In this document: positions 1-9,145 of the stretch, piece by piece
Layout: each line of letters begins with the position of its first letter
Position numbering within the stretch: the first letter of the stretch is position 1
Source: an uncultured Acidimicrobiaceae bacterium
GTDB taxonomy: Bacteria; Actinomycetota; Acidimicrobiia; Acidimicrobiales; Bog-793
Reading direction: 5' to 3'
NCBI GenBank assembly: GCA_963801185.1
Contig: CAWDDW010000001.1
Location: 41,939-105,938 of the forward strand
DNA length: 64,000 nt
Position numbers and translations under genes: made by a program
Notes under the pieces: model-generated
Seen by the model: only the letters and a program-made list of their open reading frames with translations
Database searches by the model: none
Told to the model about the DNA's origin: nothing

Positions 1-410
1 CGAAGGAGATCAACGCAGAGCGCCGCTCAGCGGTGCTCATCCTCACTGCGTTCAGCCAGCGCAACCTGATCGAGGAGGCCCGCGACGCGGGTGCGCTCGC
101 CTACCTCGTCAAGCCGTTCCAGCAAGAGGAACTGCTGCCGGCGATCGAGGTGGCACTCGGGCGTTTTGCCGAGATGCAGGCGCTCGAGGCCGAGAACGCC
201 GCTCTCGCCGACGACAAGCGGAGCCTCGAAGAGCAGTTGGAGACGCGGCGCTGGGTGGATCGGGCGAAGGGCAAGCTGATGGACGATCACCAGCTCTCGG
301 AGTCCCAGGCCTTCTCGTTCATCCAGCAGACGTCGATGAACCAGCGCACGACGATGCGCGAGGTGGCGAAGTCGGTGGTCGAGGGGTCGATCGCGCCCGA
401 GCCGAGCTGA
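1..410 (+). CDS. pdtaR: Response regulator with receiver and ANTAR RNA-binding output domains (PdtaR-like); 5' end lies outside the window
   Basis: The frame is open from nt 3. '..VLILTAFSQRNLIEEARDAGALAYLVKPF' is the end of a receiver domain. A coiled linker and ANTAR-type helices follow: 'LETRRWVDRAKGKLMDDHQLSESQAFSFIQQTSMNQRTTMREVAKSVV'. Stop is TGA 408-410. The position upstream of polA-rpsA matches the mycobacterial pdtaR neighbourhood as I recall it (not searched). Confidence 0.8.
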   Translation, partial: KEINAERRSAVLILTAFSQRNLIEEARDAGALAYLVKPFQQEELLPAIEVALGRFAEMQALEAENAALADDKRSLEEQLETRRWVDRAKGKLMDDHQLSESQAFSFIQQTSMNQRTTMREVAKSVVEGSIAPEPS

Positions 411-611
411 TCGCTGGGCGCCTGTCGCCGCGAAACATGCCCGCCGCCCACAAAGCGCAACAGGCGCGACACGTTCCTCGTCTCTGAGCCGCTTTTCACC
501 GATCTCACAGGCTTTACCCAGGTAGAGACGGTTAGAATTCCGACTGCGATCCGGACCACGCTCGCGCGCAAAGCGCGAAGAGCGCTCCGGAATGACCAAG
601 CAAAGGGTTGC

Positions 612-2081
612 ATGTTCCTGACCTATCTCCGACGTGAGCTCCGGCGGCGCGCCAAGCAGGCCATAGTCGTGGCGATCGGCCTCGCGATCGGGATTGGCCT
701 CGTCATGACCGTGTCGTCAGCCTCGGCCGGCGTGAAGACGGCACAGGGGGAGGTGCTCCACTCTCTCTACGGCGTCGGCACGGACATGACCGTCACGAAG
801 GCAGCGACGTTCGGCAGCGGGGGATTGCACTTTGGAGGCTTCGGAGGTGGGGCGACGTCCGGCACACGGCCTGCTGCTGGGACGAAGATCTCGCGCAACA
901 CCCTCACCCCGATCCCGGGGGAGGCGACGCTCCCTCAGAGCGACGTCTCCAAAGTGGCTCACCTGAAGGGTGTTGCGGCGGCGAGCGGCGGCCTCTCCCT
1001 AACCGACACGAGCTTCTCGGGCACGATCCCGAGCTTCGGCTCGGGAGGGTTCTCCTCAGGTGTGCGCCCGAACTTCAACATCAACTCGTTCACCGTGGAC
1101 GGCATCGAGGTGACCGGCTCGGGCTCCGGTATCGGGCCGCTCAGCAGCTCTCAGATCACGAAGGGGAGCTACTTCAAGTCCTCCCAGAACGACGCGGACG
1201 TGGCCGTAGTGAGCTCGACCTACGCCACTCAGCACAAGTTGGCGGTCGGGTCGAGCGTGGACATCACCGGCAAGAAGGTCGCGGTCATCGGCCTCGCCTC
1301 CGCCCCGACTTCGGCGGCTGACGTCTTTATCCCACTCGGCACGGCACAGAGGATCGCCGGGTTGAGGAACGACGTGACGATCATCTACGTCAGCGCGACC
1401 GGCGCTTCTACTGTCAACTCAGTCTCGTCGTCGGTGAAGAGCGCTCTCCCGACGGCCACTGTCACTACCTCTGCCAGTCTCGCGAGCGAGGTCACGGGCT
1501 CGCTCACGAGCGCCTCCAACCTGGCCACGAACTTAGGCAAGTGGTTGTCGATCCTGGCTCTCATCGTGGCGTTCCTGATCGCCGGGCTCTTGATGATGGC
1601 AGCTGTATCCCGCCGGGTGCAGGAGTTCGGGACGCTCAAGGCGATCGGTTGGCGGACGCGGCGCATCGTGGGGCAGGTAATGGGCGAGGGCGTGACTCTC
1701 GGCCTAGCCGGAGGTGTGATCGGCCTCGGGCTCGGCGTGGCTGGCTCGGCGATCGTGACCGCCATCTCGCCGTCGCTCACGGCCACGGTGGGGTCCACGT
1801 TCGCCACCGGCGGAGGCTTCGGTGGCTTCGGTGGCTTCGGCGGCGGGAGCTTCCCCGGCGCGGGATCAGGTTCGCGGCCGTCCGGTTCGGGTTTCTTCGG
1901 GGGACGGGGCGGGGCCGCTGCTGCGCACACGGTCATCGTCCACCTGACAGCACCGTTGCAGGGCGGCACCATTGGGCTCGCCGTTGCGCTGGCAGTCACC
2001 GGTGGCCTCGTGGCCGGCTTGTTCGGCTCCTGGAGGGCGGCTCGGCTCCGACCGGCTGCAGCGCTGAGGAGGGTCGAGTGA
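612..2081 (+). CDS. ABC transporter permease, FtsX/MacB type
   Basis: 489-aa ORF. It has an N-terminal TM 'AIVVAIGLAIGIGLVMTV' and a ~280-aa Ser/Thr/Gly-rich external domain. The C-terminal FtsX-type helices follow ('WLSILALIVAFLIAGLLMMAAVSRRVQEFGTLKAIGWRTRRIVGQVMGEG...'). Its ATPase gene lies directly downstream. Confidence 0.8.
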   Translation: MFLTYLRRELRRRAKQAIVVAIGLAIGIGLVMTVSSASAGVKTAQGEVLHSLYGVGTDMTVTKAATFGSGGLHFGGFGGGATSGTRPAAGTKISRNTLTPIPGEATLPQSDVSKVAHLKGVAAASGGLSLTDTSFSGTIPSFGSGGFSSGVRPNFNINSFTVDGIEVTGSGSGIGPLSSSQITKGSYFKSSQNDADVAVVSSTYATQHKLAVGSSVDITGKKVAVIGLASAPTSAADVFIPLGTAQRIAGLRNDVTIIYVSATGASTVNSVSSSVKSALPTATVTTSASLASEVTGSLTSASNLATNLGKWLSILALIVAFLIAGLLMMAAVSRRVQEFGTLKAIGWRTRRIVGQVMGEGVTLGLAGGVIGLGLGVAGSAIVTAISPSLTATVGSTFATGGGFGGFGGFGGGSFPGAGSGSRPSGSGFFGGRGGAAAAHTVIVHLTAPLQGGTIGLAVALAVTGGLVAGLFGSWRAARLRPAAALRRVE

Positions 2082-2141
2082 CCTCGACGACAAGGCTTGG
2101 GCGAGATACCTGCCGCCCCGTTATCCAGGAGAGCCCGAGAC

Positions 2142-2831
2142 ATGTATGAGCTAACCGAGGTGCGTAAGTTCTTCGATAAGAGCGGCCAGATCGTGCGCGC
2201 GCTCGACGGCGTCAATCTCACGATCGGCGACGGGGAGTTCCTCGCCGTCCAGGGCCCGACGGGGCAGGGCAAGTCGACGCTCTTGCAGCTGCTCGGTGGG
2301 CTCGACCGGCCGAGCACCGGTCAGGTGCTCTTCGACGGACGCGACCTGGCGAAGCTCGCAGAGGACGAGCTGGCGGACCTACGGGCCTCCGCCTTCGGGT
2401 TCGTGTTCCAGACGTTCAACCTGATCCCTACGTTGACCGCGCAAGAAAACGTCGAGACGGCTCTTGTCCCCCTGCACAAGACGGCGGCCGCACGCCGGCA
2501 AGCGGCGCACGACTCCCTGGCAGAGCTCGGCCTGGCGGACCGTGCGACCCATCTGCCCTCTGAGCTGTCCGGTGGACAACAACAGCGAGTCGCTATCGCT
2601 CGGGCGCTCGTGAAAGACCCCAAGGTGGTGCTCGCCGACGAGCCCACCGGGAACCTCGACGAGGAGACCCGCGACGAGATCGTGTCGCTCTTGGAAGGGC
2701 TCTGGCGCGACCGTGGCCTTACGCTCATCATCGTCACCCACGACAGCACGGTTGCTCGCCGTGCTGCCCGGATAGCGATCATGCGGGGCGGCAGGGTGAC
2801 GATCAAGAAACAACCCGAGCGCGTCGGCTGA
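2142..2831 (+). CDS. ABC transporter ATP-binding protein (MacB/LolD-like partner of the FtsX permease)
   Basis: Walker A 'GPTGQGKST', signature 'LSGGQQQRVAIARAL', Walker B 'VVLADEPTGNLD', H-loop 'IVTHD'. I chose ATG 2142, preceded by 'caggagag', over the track start at 2097. Confidence 0.9.
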   Translation: MYELTEVRKFFDKSGQIVRALDGVNLTIGDGEFLAVQGPTGQGKSTLLQLLGGLDRPSTGQVLFDGRDLAKLAEDELADLRASAFGFVFQTFNLIPTLTAQENVETALVPLHKTAAARRQAAHDSLAELGLADRATHLPSELSGGQQQRVAIARALVKDPKVVLADEPTGNLDEETRDEIVSLLEGLWRDRGLTLIIVTHDSTVARRAARIAIMRGGRVTIKKQPERVG

Positions 2832-2851
2832 CGCGCTTCGCCGTTTGGAAC

Positions 2852-3545
2852 TCAGGCGGGAACAGCCGAGATCACGAAGAGCTGGCGGCTGATGAGCGGC
2901 CCGAGCGCCACCGAGGCGCCGTCGATCTCGATCGTGAGGGTGCCGTCGGGCGCCTTCGAGGCCACCGTGGCGTAGACGCCGGGCAGGAAGCCGCTCTCGC
3001 TCAGGTACTCGAGTCGAGCCGGTGTCCACTTCGACCTGTTCGGTGATCCGGGCCAAGCGGACGCTGTCTCCCGGTGCCGACTCCGACAGCGGATGCTGGT
3101 CGCCGGCGACCTGGGGCGCCCCCGGGATCGGATTCCCGTGCGGGCACGTCGAGGGGTTGCCGAGGATCTCGACGAAACGAGCCTCCACCTCGTCGGAGAT
3201 CACGTGCTCCCACCGGCCAGCCTCGACATGGGCTTTGGCCCACGGCAGGCCGACGATGTCGACGAGGAAGCGCTCGGCGAGGCGGTGCTTGCGCACGACG
3301 CTCTCTGCACGGCCCCTCCCCTGAGGGGTCAGCTCGACGCCGCGGCCTCGTCGACCCACGTAGCCCTCGCCCTCGAGGCGGTGCACCATCTCCGAGACAG
3401 ATTGCGGGCTGTGGCCGAGCCGCTCGACGAGGCGCGCCTGGATGACGGGGACGCCCTCTTCCTCGAGGGAGTGAATGGTCTCGAGGTATTCCTCGAGCGG
3501 GGGATGGAATCCGTCGGGCGCCACTGTCGCGATCGTACCTACCAT
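2852..3545 (-). CDS. DtxR/IdeR/MntR-family metal-dependent transcriptional repressor; frame break near 3017-3023 as sequenced
   Basis: From ATG 3545 the sequence reads '..EEYLETIHSLEEEGVPVIQARLVERLGHSPQSVSEMVHRLEGEGYV..RKHRLAERFLVDIVGLPWAKAHVEAGRWEHVISDEVEARFVEILGNPSTCPHGNPIP..RLARITEQVEVDT'. The SH3-like C-terminus 'ARLEYLSESGFLPGVYATVASKAPDGTLTIEIDGASVALGPLISRQLFVISAVPA*' continues one base out of frame and stops at 2852-2854. The length is 694 nt = 3n+1, which gives about 230 aa if one base is removed. The 536-aa track ORF 2379..3989 is a read-through artefact. Confidence 0.8.
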
Positions 3546-3548
3546 GGC

Positions 3549-6356
3549 GTGGTGGCTCCCTACCTCCTCCTCGACGGGCACTCGCTCGCCTTCCGCGCCT
3601 GGTTCGCCCTCCAGGATGCCAACCTCGTCACCTCGTCGGGACAGGAGACCCAGGCGGTCTACGGCTTTGCCGGGATGCTCGGTCGCCTGCTCGAGGATCA
3701 CTCTCCCGCCGGCATGGCAGTCGCGTTCGACCTGAGTGGGCCGACGTTTCGCGACGCGATAGCGGCCGACTACAAAGCGGGCCGGGCGCCGACCCCGGAC
3801 ACTTTGCACGAGCAGGTCAACCTGATCCGGCGGATGGTGGAGCTGATGGGGGTCCCGGTGGTCGAGATCGCGGGCTACGAGGCGGACGACGTGATCGCCA
3901 CTCTTGCCACGCGCCTTGACCAAGCAGGTGAGGACGTCATCATCGTGACCGGCGACAGGGACTGCTACCAGCTCGTCCACGATCCCCACGTGCGCGTCCT
4001 GTACAACCGCCGCGGGGTCACCGACTACGTCCTCTACGACGAAGCCGGAATCGAGGAGAGAACGGGGGTGAGGCCGGAGCGGTACCCGTTTCTGGCGGCG
4101 TTGAGAGGCGACCCGTCCGACAACCTCCCCGGCGTGCCGGGAGTGGGGGAGAAGACGGCGGCCAAGCTGGTCAACTCATACGGCGACGTCGACTCTCTCT
4201 ACGCGCACCTGGCGGAGCTGACGCCGAAGCTGCACGCCTCGCTCGCCGAGAACGAGGGGAGAGTCCGCCAGAACTTCCAGATGACGCCGCTCGTCCGGGA
4301 CGTGCCCCTCGGGTGCGAGCTCTCCGACCTGCGCCTTGGCGGATCGGATCGGGAGGAGCTGAACAATCTCTTCACCCTTCTCGAGATCCGCGCGCCCCGG
4401 GAGCGCATCCTGAAGGCGCTCGACCGGTTGGAGCAGGGAGGTCCGGGAGCGGCTCTCGGATCGCCGGAGCGTGCGAGCGAGGCGCCCCGCCCCCAGGCGG
4501 TCCGGGTGGAAGTGCTCTCGGATGCCTCCGAGGCGCGGTCGGCTCTTGCGGAGCTCGCGGGGACGTCCGGGTCGATCGCCGTCGACCCGGCGTGGACGGG
4601 CCTGCCCGGGCGCTCCGAGCTCCTCGGGCTTGCCCTCAGTGGCCCCGTGGCCGATGACGGAGCAGGCTCCGGCTTGGTCGAGCGTGTCGTATTCTTCCTC
4701 CCCGCTCGGCTGTTCGGGGAAGTCCACCAGGAGCTCGGCGCGGTTCTCGGCACGGGGCCGGACGCGCCCCGGCGGGTCGTCGCGTTCAGGGCGAGAGAGC
4801 TCATGCGTGTTCTCATGCCACTCGGCTACGACATGACCGGCCTCGACCTCGACGTGGCGGTTGCGAGCTACCTCGTCGACCCGAGCGGGGGACAGACGAG
4901 CCTCGAGGCAATGGCCGGCACTCAAGGGCCGCAGGCTGCGGTCGCGGCGGGGACCCAGCTCGGCTTCGACGTCGCCGGAGAAGCGGCCCAGCCCTCGGTG
5001 GCCGAGGCGGCCGGCGCGCGAGCCGGCTTGCTCGCCGAAATTGCGCCGCGCCTTCGTTCAGAACTTCAGGAGAACGGCGCGGAGGAGCTCTACACGACGA
5101 TCGAGCGGCCGCTCATCCGCGTGCTGGCCAAGATGGAGATCGCCGGTGTCGCGGTCGACCGGGGCCGCCTCGAGCAGATAAATGCCGAGCTCACCTCGGA
5201 GTCAGAGCGCCTCGAAGCAGAGGTGCAGCGACTGGCGGGAGAGCCCTTCAGGGTCAACTCCACCCAGCAGCTGCGCCACGTCCTCTTCGAGGTGCTCGGC
5301 CTCACACCCCAGAAGAAGACGAAGACGGGATACTCGACAGATGCCCAGAGCCTTGAACGGCTTCGCGACGCGCACCCGATCATCGAGGCCCTGCTCTCCT
5401 ACCGAGAAGTCGAGAAACTCCGCTCCACCTACGGGACCGGCCTGCTCTCCGAAGTGGCGCCCGACGGCCGTATCCACGCGTCGTTCAACCAGACGGTGGC
5501 GAGGACGGGCCGGCTGTCGTCGGACCAGCCGAACCTGCACAACATCCCGGTCCGCTCCACACTCGGTCGCCAGTTCCGAGAGGCCTTCGTGCCCGGCGAG
5601 GGGTGTGAGCTCCTCGTGGCGGACTACGACCAGATCGAGCTGCGGGTGATAGCTCACCTGGCGGAGGACCCCGGTCTCATCGAGGCCTTCCGGACCGGGG
5701 TCGACATCCACAGCGTGACGGCTCAGCGAGTGTTCGGCGTCGACGCGGCCGGCGTCACCCCCCCGATGCGCTCCCGGGCGAAGATGATCTCCTACGGGCT
5801 CGCGTACGGCATGGAGGCGTACGGGCTGTCGCAGCGCCTCGCCATCCCGGTCGAGGAGGCCGCCGCGATCTTGAACCAGTACTTCATCGCCTTCCCGAAC
5901 GTGAAGGCGTACATGAACAGAACTGTGGCGGACGCTAGGGCCAAGGGGTACACAGAGACGCTCTTCGGTCGCCGCCGGTACCTACCGGAGCTGGGCTCTT
6001 CGAACTACCAGGTGCGCCAAGCCGCCGAGCGCCAGGCCATGAACGCCGGCATCCAAGGCCTCGCGGCGGACATCTTCAAGGTGGCCCTCGTGCGGTTGGA
6101 CCGAGCACTCTCGGACGGGGGCTTTGCCAGCAGGATCATCTTGCAGGTCCACGACGAGATCCTGACCGAGAACGTGCTGGCGGAGTCCGACGAGGTCGCC
6201 GCCCTGACCGAGGACGTGATGCGATCCGCCGCCGAGCTGTCGGTGCCGCTCGCGGTGCATGTCGCGCGAGGTCCGAGCTGGGCGTCGGCCAAGGACGGCG
6301 GCGGGTCTGTCGCCGAGGACATCGACGATCACGAAGACCTGGCCGCCGACTTCTGA
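3549..6356 (+). CDS. polA: DNA polymerase I
   Basis: 5'-nuclease N-terminus 'LLLDGHSLAFRAWFAL' and H3TH 'GVPGVGEKTAAKL'. Polymerase motifs are 'DYDQIELRVIAHL' (A), 'RSRAKMISYGLAYGM' (B) and 'QVHDEIL' (C). I propose the start at GTG 3549 or 3552. The first 456 nt of the 1087-aa track ORF are antisense to the DtxR-family gene. Confidence 0.93.
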   Translation: MVAPYLLLDGHSLAFRAWFALQDANLVTSSGQETQAVYGFAGMLGRLLEDHSPAGMAVAFDLSGPTFRDAIAADYKAGRAPTPDTLHEQVNLIRRMVELMGVPVVEIAGYEADDVIATLATRLDQAGEDVIIVTGDRDCYQLVHDPHVRVLYNRRGVTDYVLYDEAGIEERTGVRPERYPFLAALRGDPSDNLPGVPGVGEKTAAKLVNSYGDVDSLYAHLAELTPKLHASLAENEGRVRQNFQMTPLVRDVPLGCELSDLRLGGSDREELNNLFTLLEIRAPRERILKALDRLEQGGPGAALGSPERASEAPRPQAVRVEVLSDASEARSALAELAGTSGSIAVDPAWTGLPGRSELLGLALSGPVADDGAGSGLVERVVFFLPARLFGEVHQELGAVLGTGPDAPRRVVAFRARELMRVLMPLGYDMTGLDLDVAVASYLVDPSGGQTSLEAMAGTQGPQAAVAAGTQLGFDVAGEAAQPSVAEAAGARAGLLAEIAPRLRSELQENGAEELYTTIERPLIRVLAKMEIAGVAVDRGRLEQINAELTSESERLEAEVQRLAGEPFRVNSTQQLRHVLFEVLGLTPQKKTKTGYSTDAQSLERLRDAHPIIEALLSYREVEKLRSTYGTGLLSEVAPDGRIHASFNQTVARTGRLSSDQPNLHNIPVRSTLGRQFREAFVPGEGCELLVADYDQIELRVIAHLAEDPGLIEAFRTGVDIHSVTAQRVFGVDAAGVTPPMRSRAKMISYGLAYGMEAYGLSQRLAIPVEEAAAILNQYFIAFPNVKAYMNRTVADARAKGYTETLFGRRRYLPELGSSNYQVRQAAERQAMNAGIQGLAADIFKVALVRLDRALSDGGFASRIILQVHDEILTENVLAESDEVAALTEDVMRSAAELSVPLAVHVARGPSWASAKDGGGSVAEDIDDHEDLAADF

Positions 6357-6538
6357 GCTGGCCGGCGCAGGCTCTCATGGTCGCTCGGAACGAGCCTTCC
6401 TCCAGGTGGTATAGCCTTTCGTTGCGAGCGTGAGCTCTCCGCGAAGGTGCGCGCCGTGCCGACCTCGCCGAACTGTCAACCATCCATCTCCCGCCATGCC
6501 CGGGCGGCTTACTTCCCACTAGAGAGCGACTCGACCTG

Positions 6539-8053
6539 ATGTCCGTCACCACCCTTGCAACACCCACCCCAGACGATCCCCAGCGCTTCGGCTCCTTCGA
6601 TGCGATGGGGACGTACATCCCGATGCAGATCACCGAGGATGACCTGGGGGACCTCTCCCTCGAAGAGGCGATCGACCGCACGATCCACCCCTTCGACGAC
6701 GGCGACATCGTGAAGGGCACGGTCGTGAAGATCGACAAGGACGAGGTGCTGCTCGACATCGGCTTCAAGTCCGAGGGAGTCATCCCATCGCGCGAGCTCT
6801 CCATCCGCCACGACCTCGACCCGCACGAGGTCGTCGAGCTCGGCGAGGAGATCGAGGCCCTCGTCCTCCAGAAAGAGGACAAGGAAGGCCGTCTCATCAT
6901 GTCGAAAAAGCGCGCGCAGTACGAGCGCGCATGGGGTGACATCGAGCGGATCAAGGAATCGAGCGGCATCGTGAAGGGCCCGGTCATCGAGGTCGTCAAG
7001 GGTGGGCTCATCCTCGACATCGGCCTGCGGGGCTTCCTCCCGGCATCGCTCGTCGAGCTGCGCCGTGTCCGCGACCTTCAGCCCTACATCGGCCGCATCC
7101 TCGAGGCGAAGATCATCGAGCTCGACAAGAACCGCAACAACGTCGTGCTCTCGCGGCGGGCGTGGCTGGAAGAGACTCAGCGCGAGCAGCGCGGCGAGTT
7201 TCTTGTCAATCTCAAGCCCGGCGAGGTCCGCAAGGGCGTCGTCTCCTCGGTCGTCAACTTCGGCGCGTTCGTCGACCTCGGCGGCATGGACGGGCTCGTG
7301 CATGTGTCGGAGCTCTCCTGGAAGCACGTCGACCACCCTTCCTCGGTGGTCGCGGTCGGGGACGAGGTCACGGTGCAGGTGCTCGACGTCGACCTCGACA
7401 AAGAGCGGATCTCGCTCTCTCTCAAGGCGACCCAGGTCGACCCCTGGCAGGAGTTCGCCACGAACCACCGGATGGGCGAGCTCGTCTACGGTCGCATCAC
7501 GAAGCTGGTCCCCTTCGGTGCCTTCGTTCAGGTGGGCGACGGGATCGAAGGTCTCGTGCACATCTCCGAGATGGCAGCACACCACGTCGACCTTCCCGAG
7601 CAGGTGGTCTCGCCTGGTGAGGAGCTGTGGGTCAAGATCATCGACATCGATCTCCAACGCCGCCGGATCAGCTTGTCGATCAAGCAGGCGGCCGAGGGCG
7701 GCATCGTGGCCGAGGAGTACCAGGAGGCCTTCGGCGAGCACGCCTACGACGAGCAAGGCAACTACATCGGGTACGACTACTCGACCGAGTTCACGCCCGA
7801 GACGGAGGCCCAGGCGGCGTGGGCCGATTACCAGCCCGTGCCACCGGCGTCCGAGGGTTCCGAAGCCGGCGAGCAGGTGGACGTCGCAGCTGACGCTGTG
7901 GCTGGGACCGAGGTGGCAGCCGTCGCAGAAGCTGAGGTGATCGGCGAGCAGGCGGCGGAGACCGCGGAGGCGGCGGAGACCACCGAGGCGGCGGAGGAGC
8001 CTGCGCCGGTCGCTGACCCTCAGTCTTCCGGCGAGGCCGAGACCGAGAGCTAG
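6539..8053 (+). CDS. rpsA: 30S ribosomal protein S1
   Basis: Repeated S1 domains: 'GDIVKGTVVKIDKDEVLLDIGFKSEGVIPSRELS', 'GPVIEVVKGGLILDIGLRGFLPASL', 'GEVRKGVVSSVVNFGAFVDLGGMDGLVHVSELSW', 'GELVYGRITKLVPFGAFVQVGDGIEGLVHISEMA'. The tail is acidic and Ala/Glu-rich. The start could be an internal ATG (Met23 or Met29). Confidence 0.93.
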   Translation: MSVTTLATPTPDDPQRFGSFDAMGTYIPMQITEDDLGDLSLEEAIDRTIHPFDDGDIVKGTVVKIDKDEVLLDIGFKSEGVIPSRELSIRHDLDPHEVVELGEEIEALVLQKEDKEGRLIMSKKRAQYERAWGDIERIKESSGIVKGPVIEVVKGGLILDIGLRGFLPASLVELRRVRDLQPYIGRILEAKIIELDKNRNNVVLSRRAWLEETQREQRGEFLVNLKPGEVRKGVVSSVVNFGAFVDLGGMDGLVHVSELSWKHVDHPSSVVAVGDEVTVQVLDVDLDKERISLSLKATQVDPWQEFATNHRMGELVYGRITKLVPFGAFVQVGDGIEGLVHISEMAAHHVDLPEQVVSPGEELWVKIIDIDLQRRRISLSIKQAAEGGIVAEEYQEAFGEHAYDEQGNYIGYDYSTEFTPETEAQAAWADYQPVPPASEGSEAGEQVDVAADAVAGTEVAAVAEAEVIGEQAAETAEAAETTEAAEEPAPVADPQSSGEAETES

Positions 8054-8059
8054 ACGGAG

Positions 8060-8085
8060 AGGCGGGCCGCTCGGGCGGCACGCCT
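8060..8085. terminator. GC-rich hairpin between convergent rpsA and the opp ATPase gene; candidate bidirectional terminator
   Basis: 'aggcgggccgc tcgg gcggcacgcct' gives 10 bp of pairing with one G/A mismatch and a 4-nt loop. It lies in the 38-nt gap between stop codons at 8051-8053 (+) and 8092-8094 (-). There is no U-tract. Confidence 0.35.
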
Positions 8086-8091
8086 CAAGGT

Positions 8092-9120
8092 TCAGAACCC
8101 GGCGGCTGTGGCCTCCGTCGAGGCGGCCGCCCCGAGCGGGAAGTGGCAGGCCACGAAGTGGTCGGGCCCGATCTCCCGCATGATGGGCTCCTGCACGCCG
8201 CAGATCTCCTGTGCCCGAGGGCAACGCGTGCGGTATCGACAGCCGGAAGGCGGCGTGACCGAGGACGGCATCTCCGTCTGGGTCTCCTCCTCCATGGCGA
8301 ATGTGGTCGCTTGTCCTCCGGCACGCGAAAGCGCTCGGGACGATATGACACTCGCCATGAGCAGGGCACGGGAGTACGGATGGGAGGGCGAGGCGTAGAG
8401 GCTCTCGGCGCTCGCCACCTCACAGAGCTTGCCGAGGAACATCACGAGCACGCGGTCGCTTACGTTCTTCACCACGGCGAGGTCGTGCGAGATGAACACG
8501 AGGGTCAATCCGTAGCGACGTTTCATGTCCTCCAACAGGTTGAGGATCTGTGCCTGGACGGAAACGTCGAGGGCGGAGACGGGCTCGTCGCAGATGATGA
8601 CCCGTGGGTTCAGCATGAGAGCGCGTGCTATCGAGATCCGTTGGCACTGGCCGATCGAGAACTCGTACGGCCGCCGCCACGACACCGTGTCGTAGTCCAT
8701 GTTCACTTCGGACAACATGAGCCGCACCCGCTCGACCCTGTCCTCCTCAGAGCCCACGTCCCAGATCGCGAGCGGTTCCAGTACGAGCTGGGCGACGGTT
8801 CGCCTCGGATAGAGCGAGGAGATCGGGTCCTGGAAGATCACCTGGAGCTTGGTGCGGACCTGGCGCATCTCCTCGGAGGAGAGGCCGGTGAGGTCCACGC
8901 CTTCGAAGATCACCTTGCCGGACGTCGGCTTCGGCAGCTGCAAGAGGGCGCGGCCGGTCGTCGACTTCCCGCAGCCCGATTCGCCGACGATGCCTAGCGT
9001 CTCTCCCGGGTAGACATCGAAGCTGATGTCCGATACGGCGTGAACCTTCTGGCCACGCGGAGCGGGAAAGTCGACGACCAGATGCTCGACGGTTATCAGC
9101 GCCTGCTCGGCATCCCTCAT
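8092..9120 (-). CDS. Oligopeptide/dipeptide-type ABC transporter ATP-binding protein (OppF/DppF-like)
   Basis: Walker A 'GESGCGKST', signature 'SIGQCQRISIARAL', Walker B 'IICDEPVSALD'. The C-terminal Opp-type motif is 'PPSGCRYRTRCP...HFVACH'. I chose ATG 9120 ('MRDAEQALITVEHL'). The upstream 123 codons of the track ORF overlap the oppD-like gene. Confidence 0.88.
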   Translation of the reverse strand: MRDAEQALITVEHLVVDFPAPRGQKVHAVSDISFDVYPGETLGIVGESGCGKSTTGRALLQLPKPTSGKVIFEGVDLTGLSSEEMRQVRTKLQVIFQDPISSLYPRRTVAQLVLEPLAIWDVGSEEDRVERVRLMLSEVNMDYDTVSWRRPYEFSIGQCQRISIARALMLNPRVIICDEPVSALDVSVQAQILNLLEDMKRRYGLTLVFISHDLAVVKNVSDRVLVMFLGKLCEVASAESLYASPSHPYSRALLMASVISSRALSRAGGQATTFAMEEETQTEMPSSVTPPSGCRYRTRCPRAQEICGVQEPIMREIGPDHFVACHFPLGAAASTEATAAGF

Positions 9121-9145
9121 GTGTGCGGTGCCGGTTCCAGCCAAC

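Noticed and set aside
411-611. A possible ANTAR target (dual hexaloop hairpins) or terminator downstream of the pdtaR-like gene
   Set aside because: I found only an 8-bp inverted repeat ('gcgcctgt'...'acaggcgc') with a ~33-nt loop, and short GC palindromes near 570-595. None has the paired hexaloop A..G architecture of ANTAR sites or a U-tract.
3093-3548. The N-terminal 152 codons of the 1087-aa polA track ORF
   Set aside because: This region is antisense to the DtxR-family coding sequence and has an Arg/Ala/Gly-rich junk composition. The conserved 5'-nuclease motif begins right after GTG 3549.
2379-3989. A 536-aa minus-strand ORF that looks like a large gene
   Set aside because: Only its central part (from ATG 3545) is a real DtxR-family gene. 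The upstream 148 codons are antisense to polA. The downstream part is out-of-frame read-through, antisense to the ABC ATPase gene, caused by the frame break near 3020.
6509-8224. A 571-aa ORF antisense to rpsA. Similar long antisense ORFs occur at 14129..15403, 22676..24289, 36159..37358, 39453..40394 and 46751..48004.
   Set aside because: These are typical high-GC shadow ORFs. Each lies opposite a gene with strong family motifs, has an Arg/Asp/Gly/His-rich low-information composition, and shows no recognisable domains.
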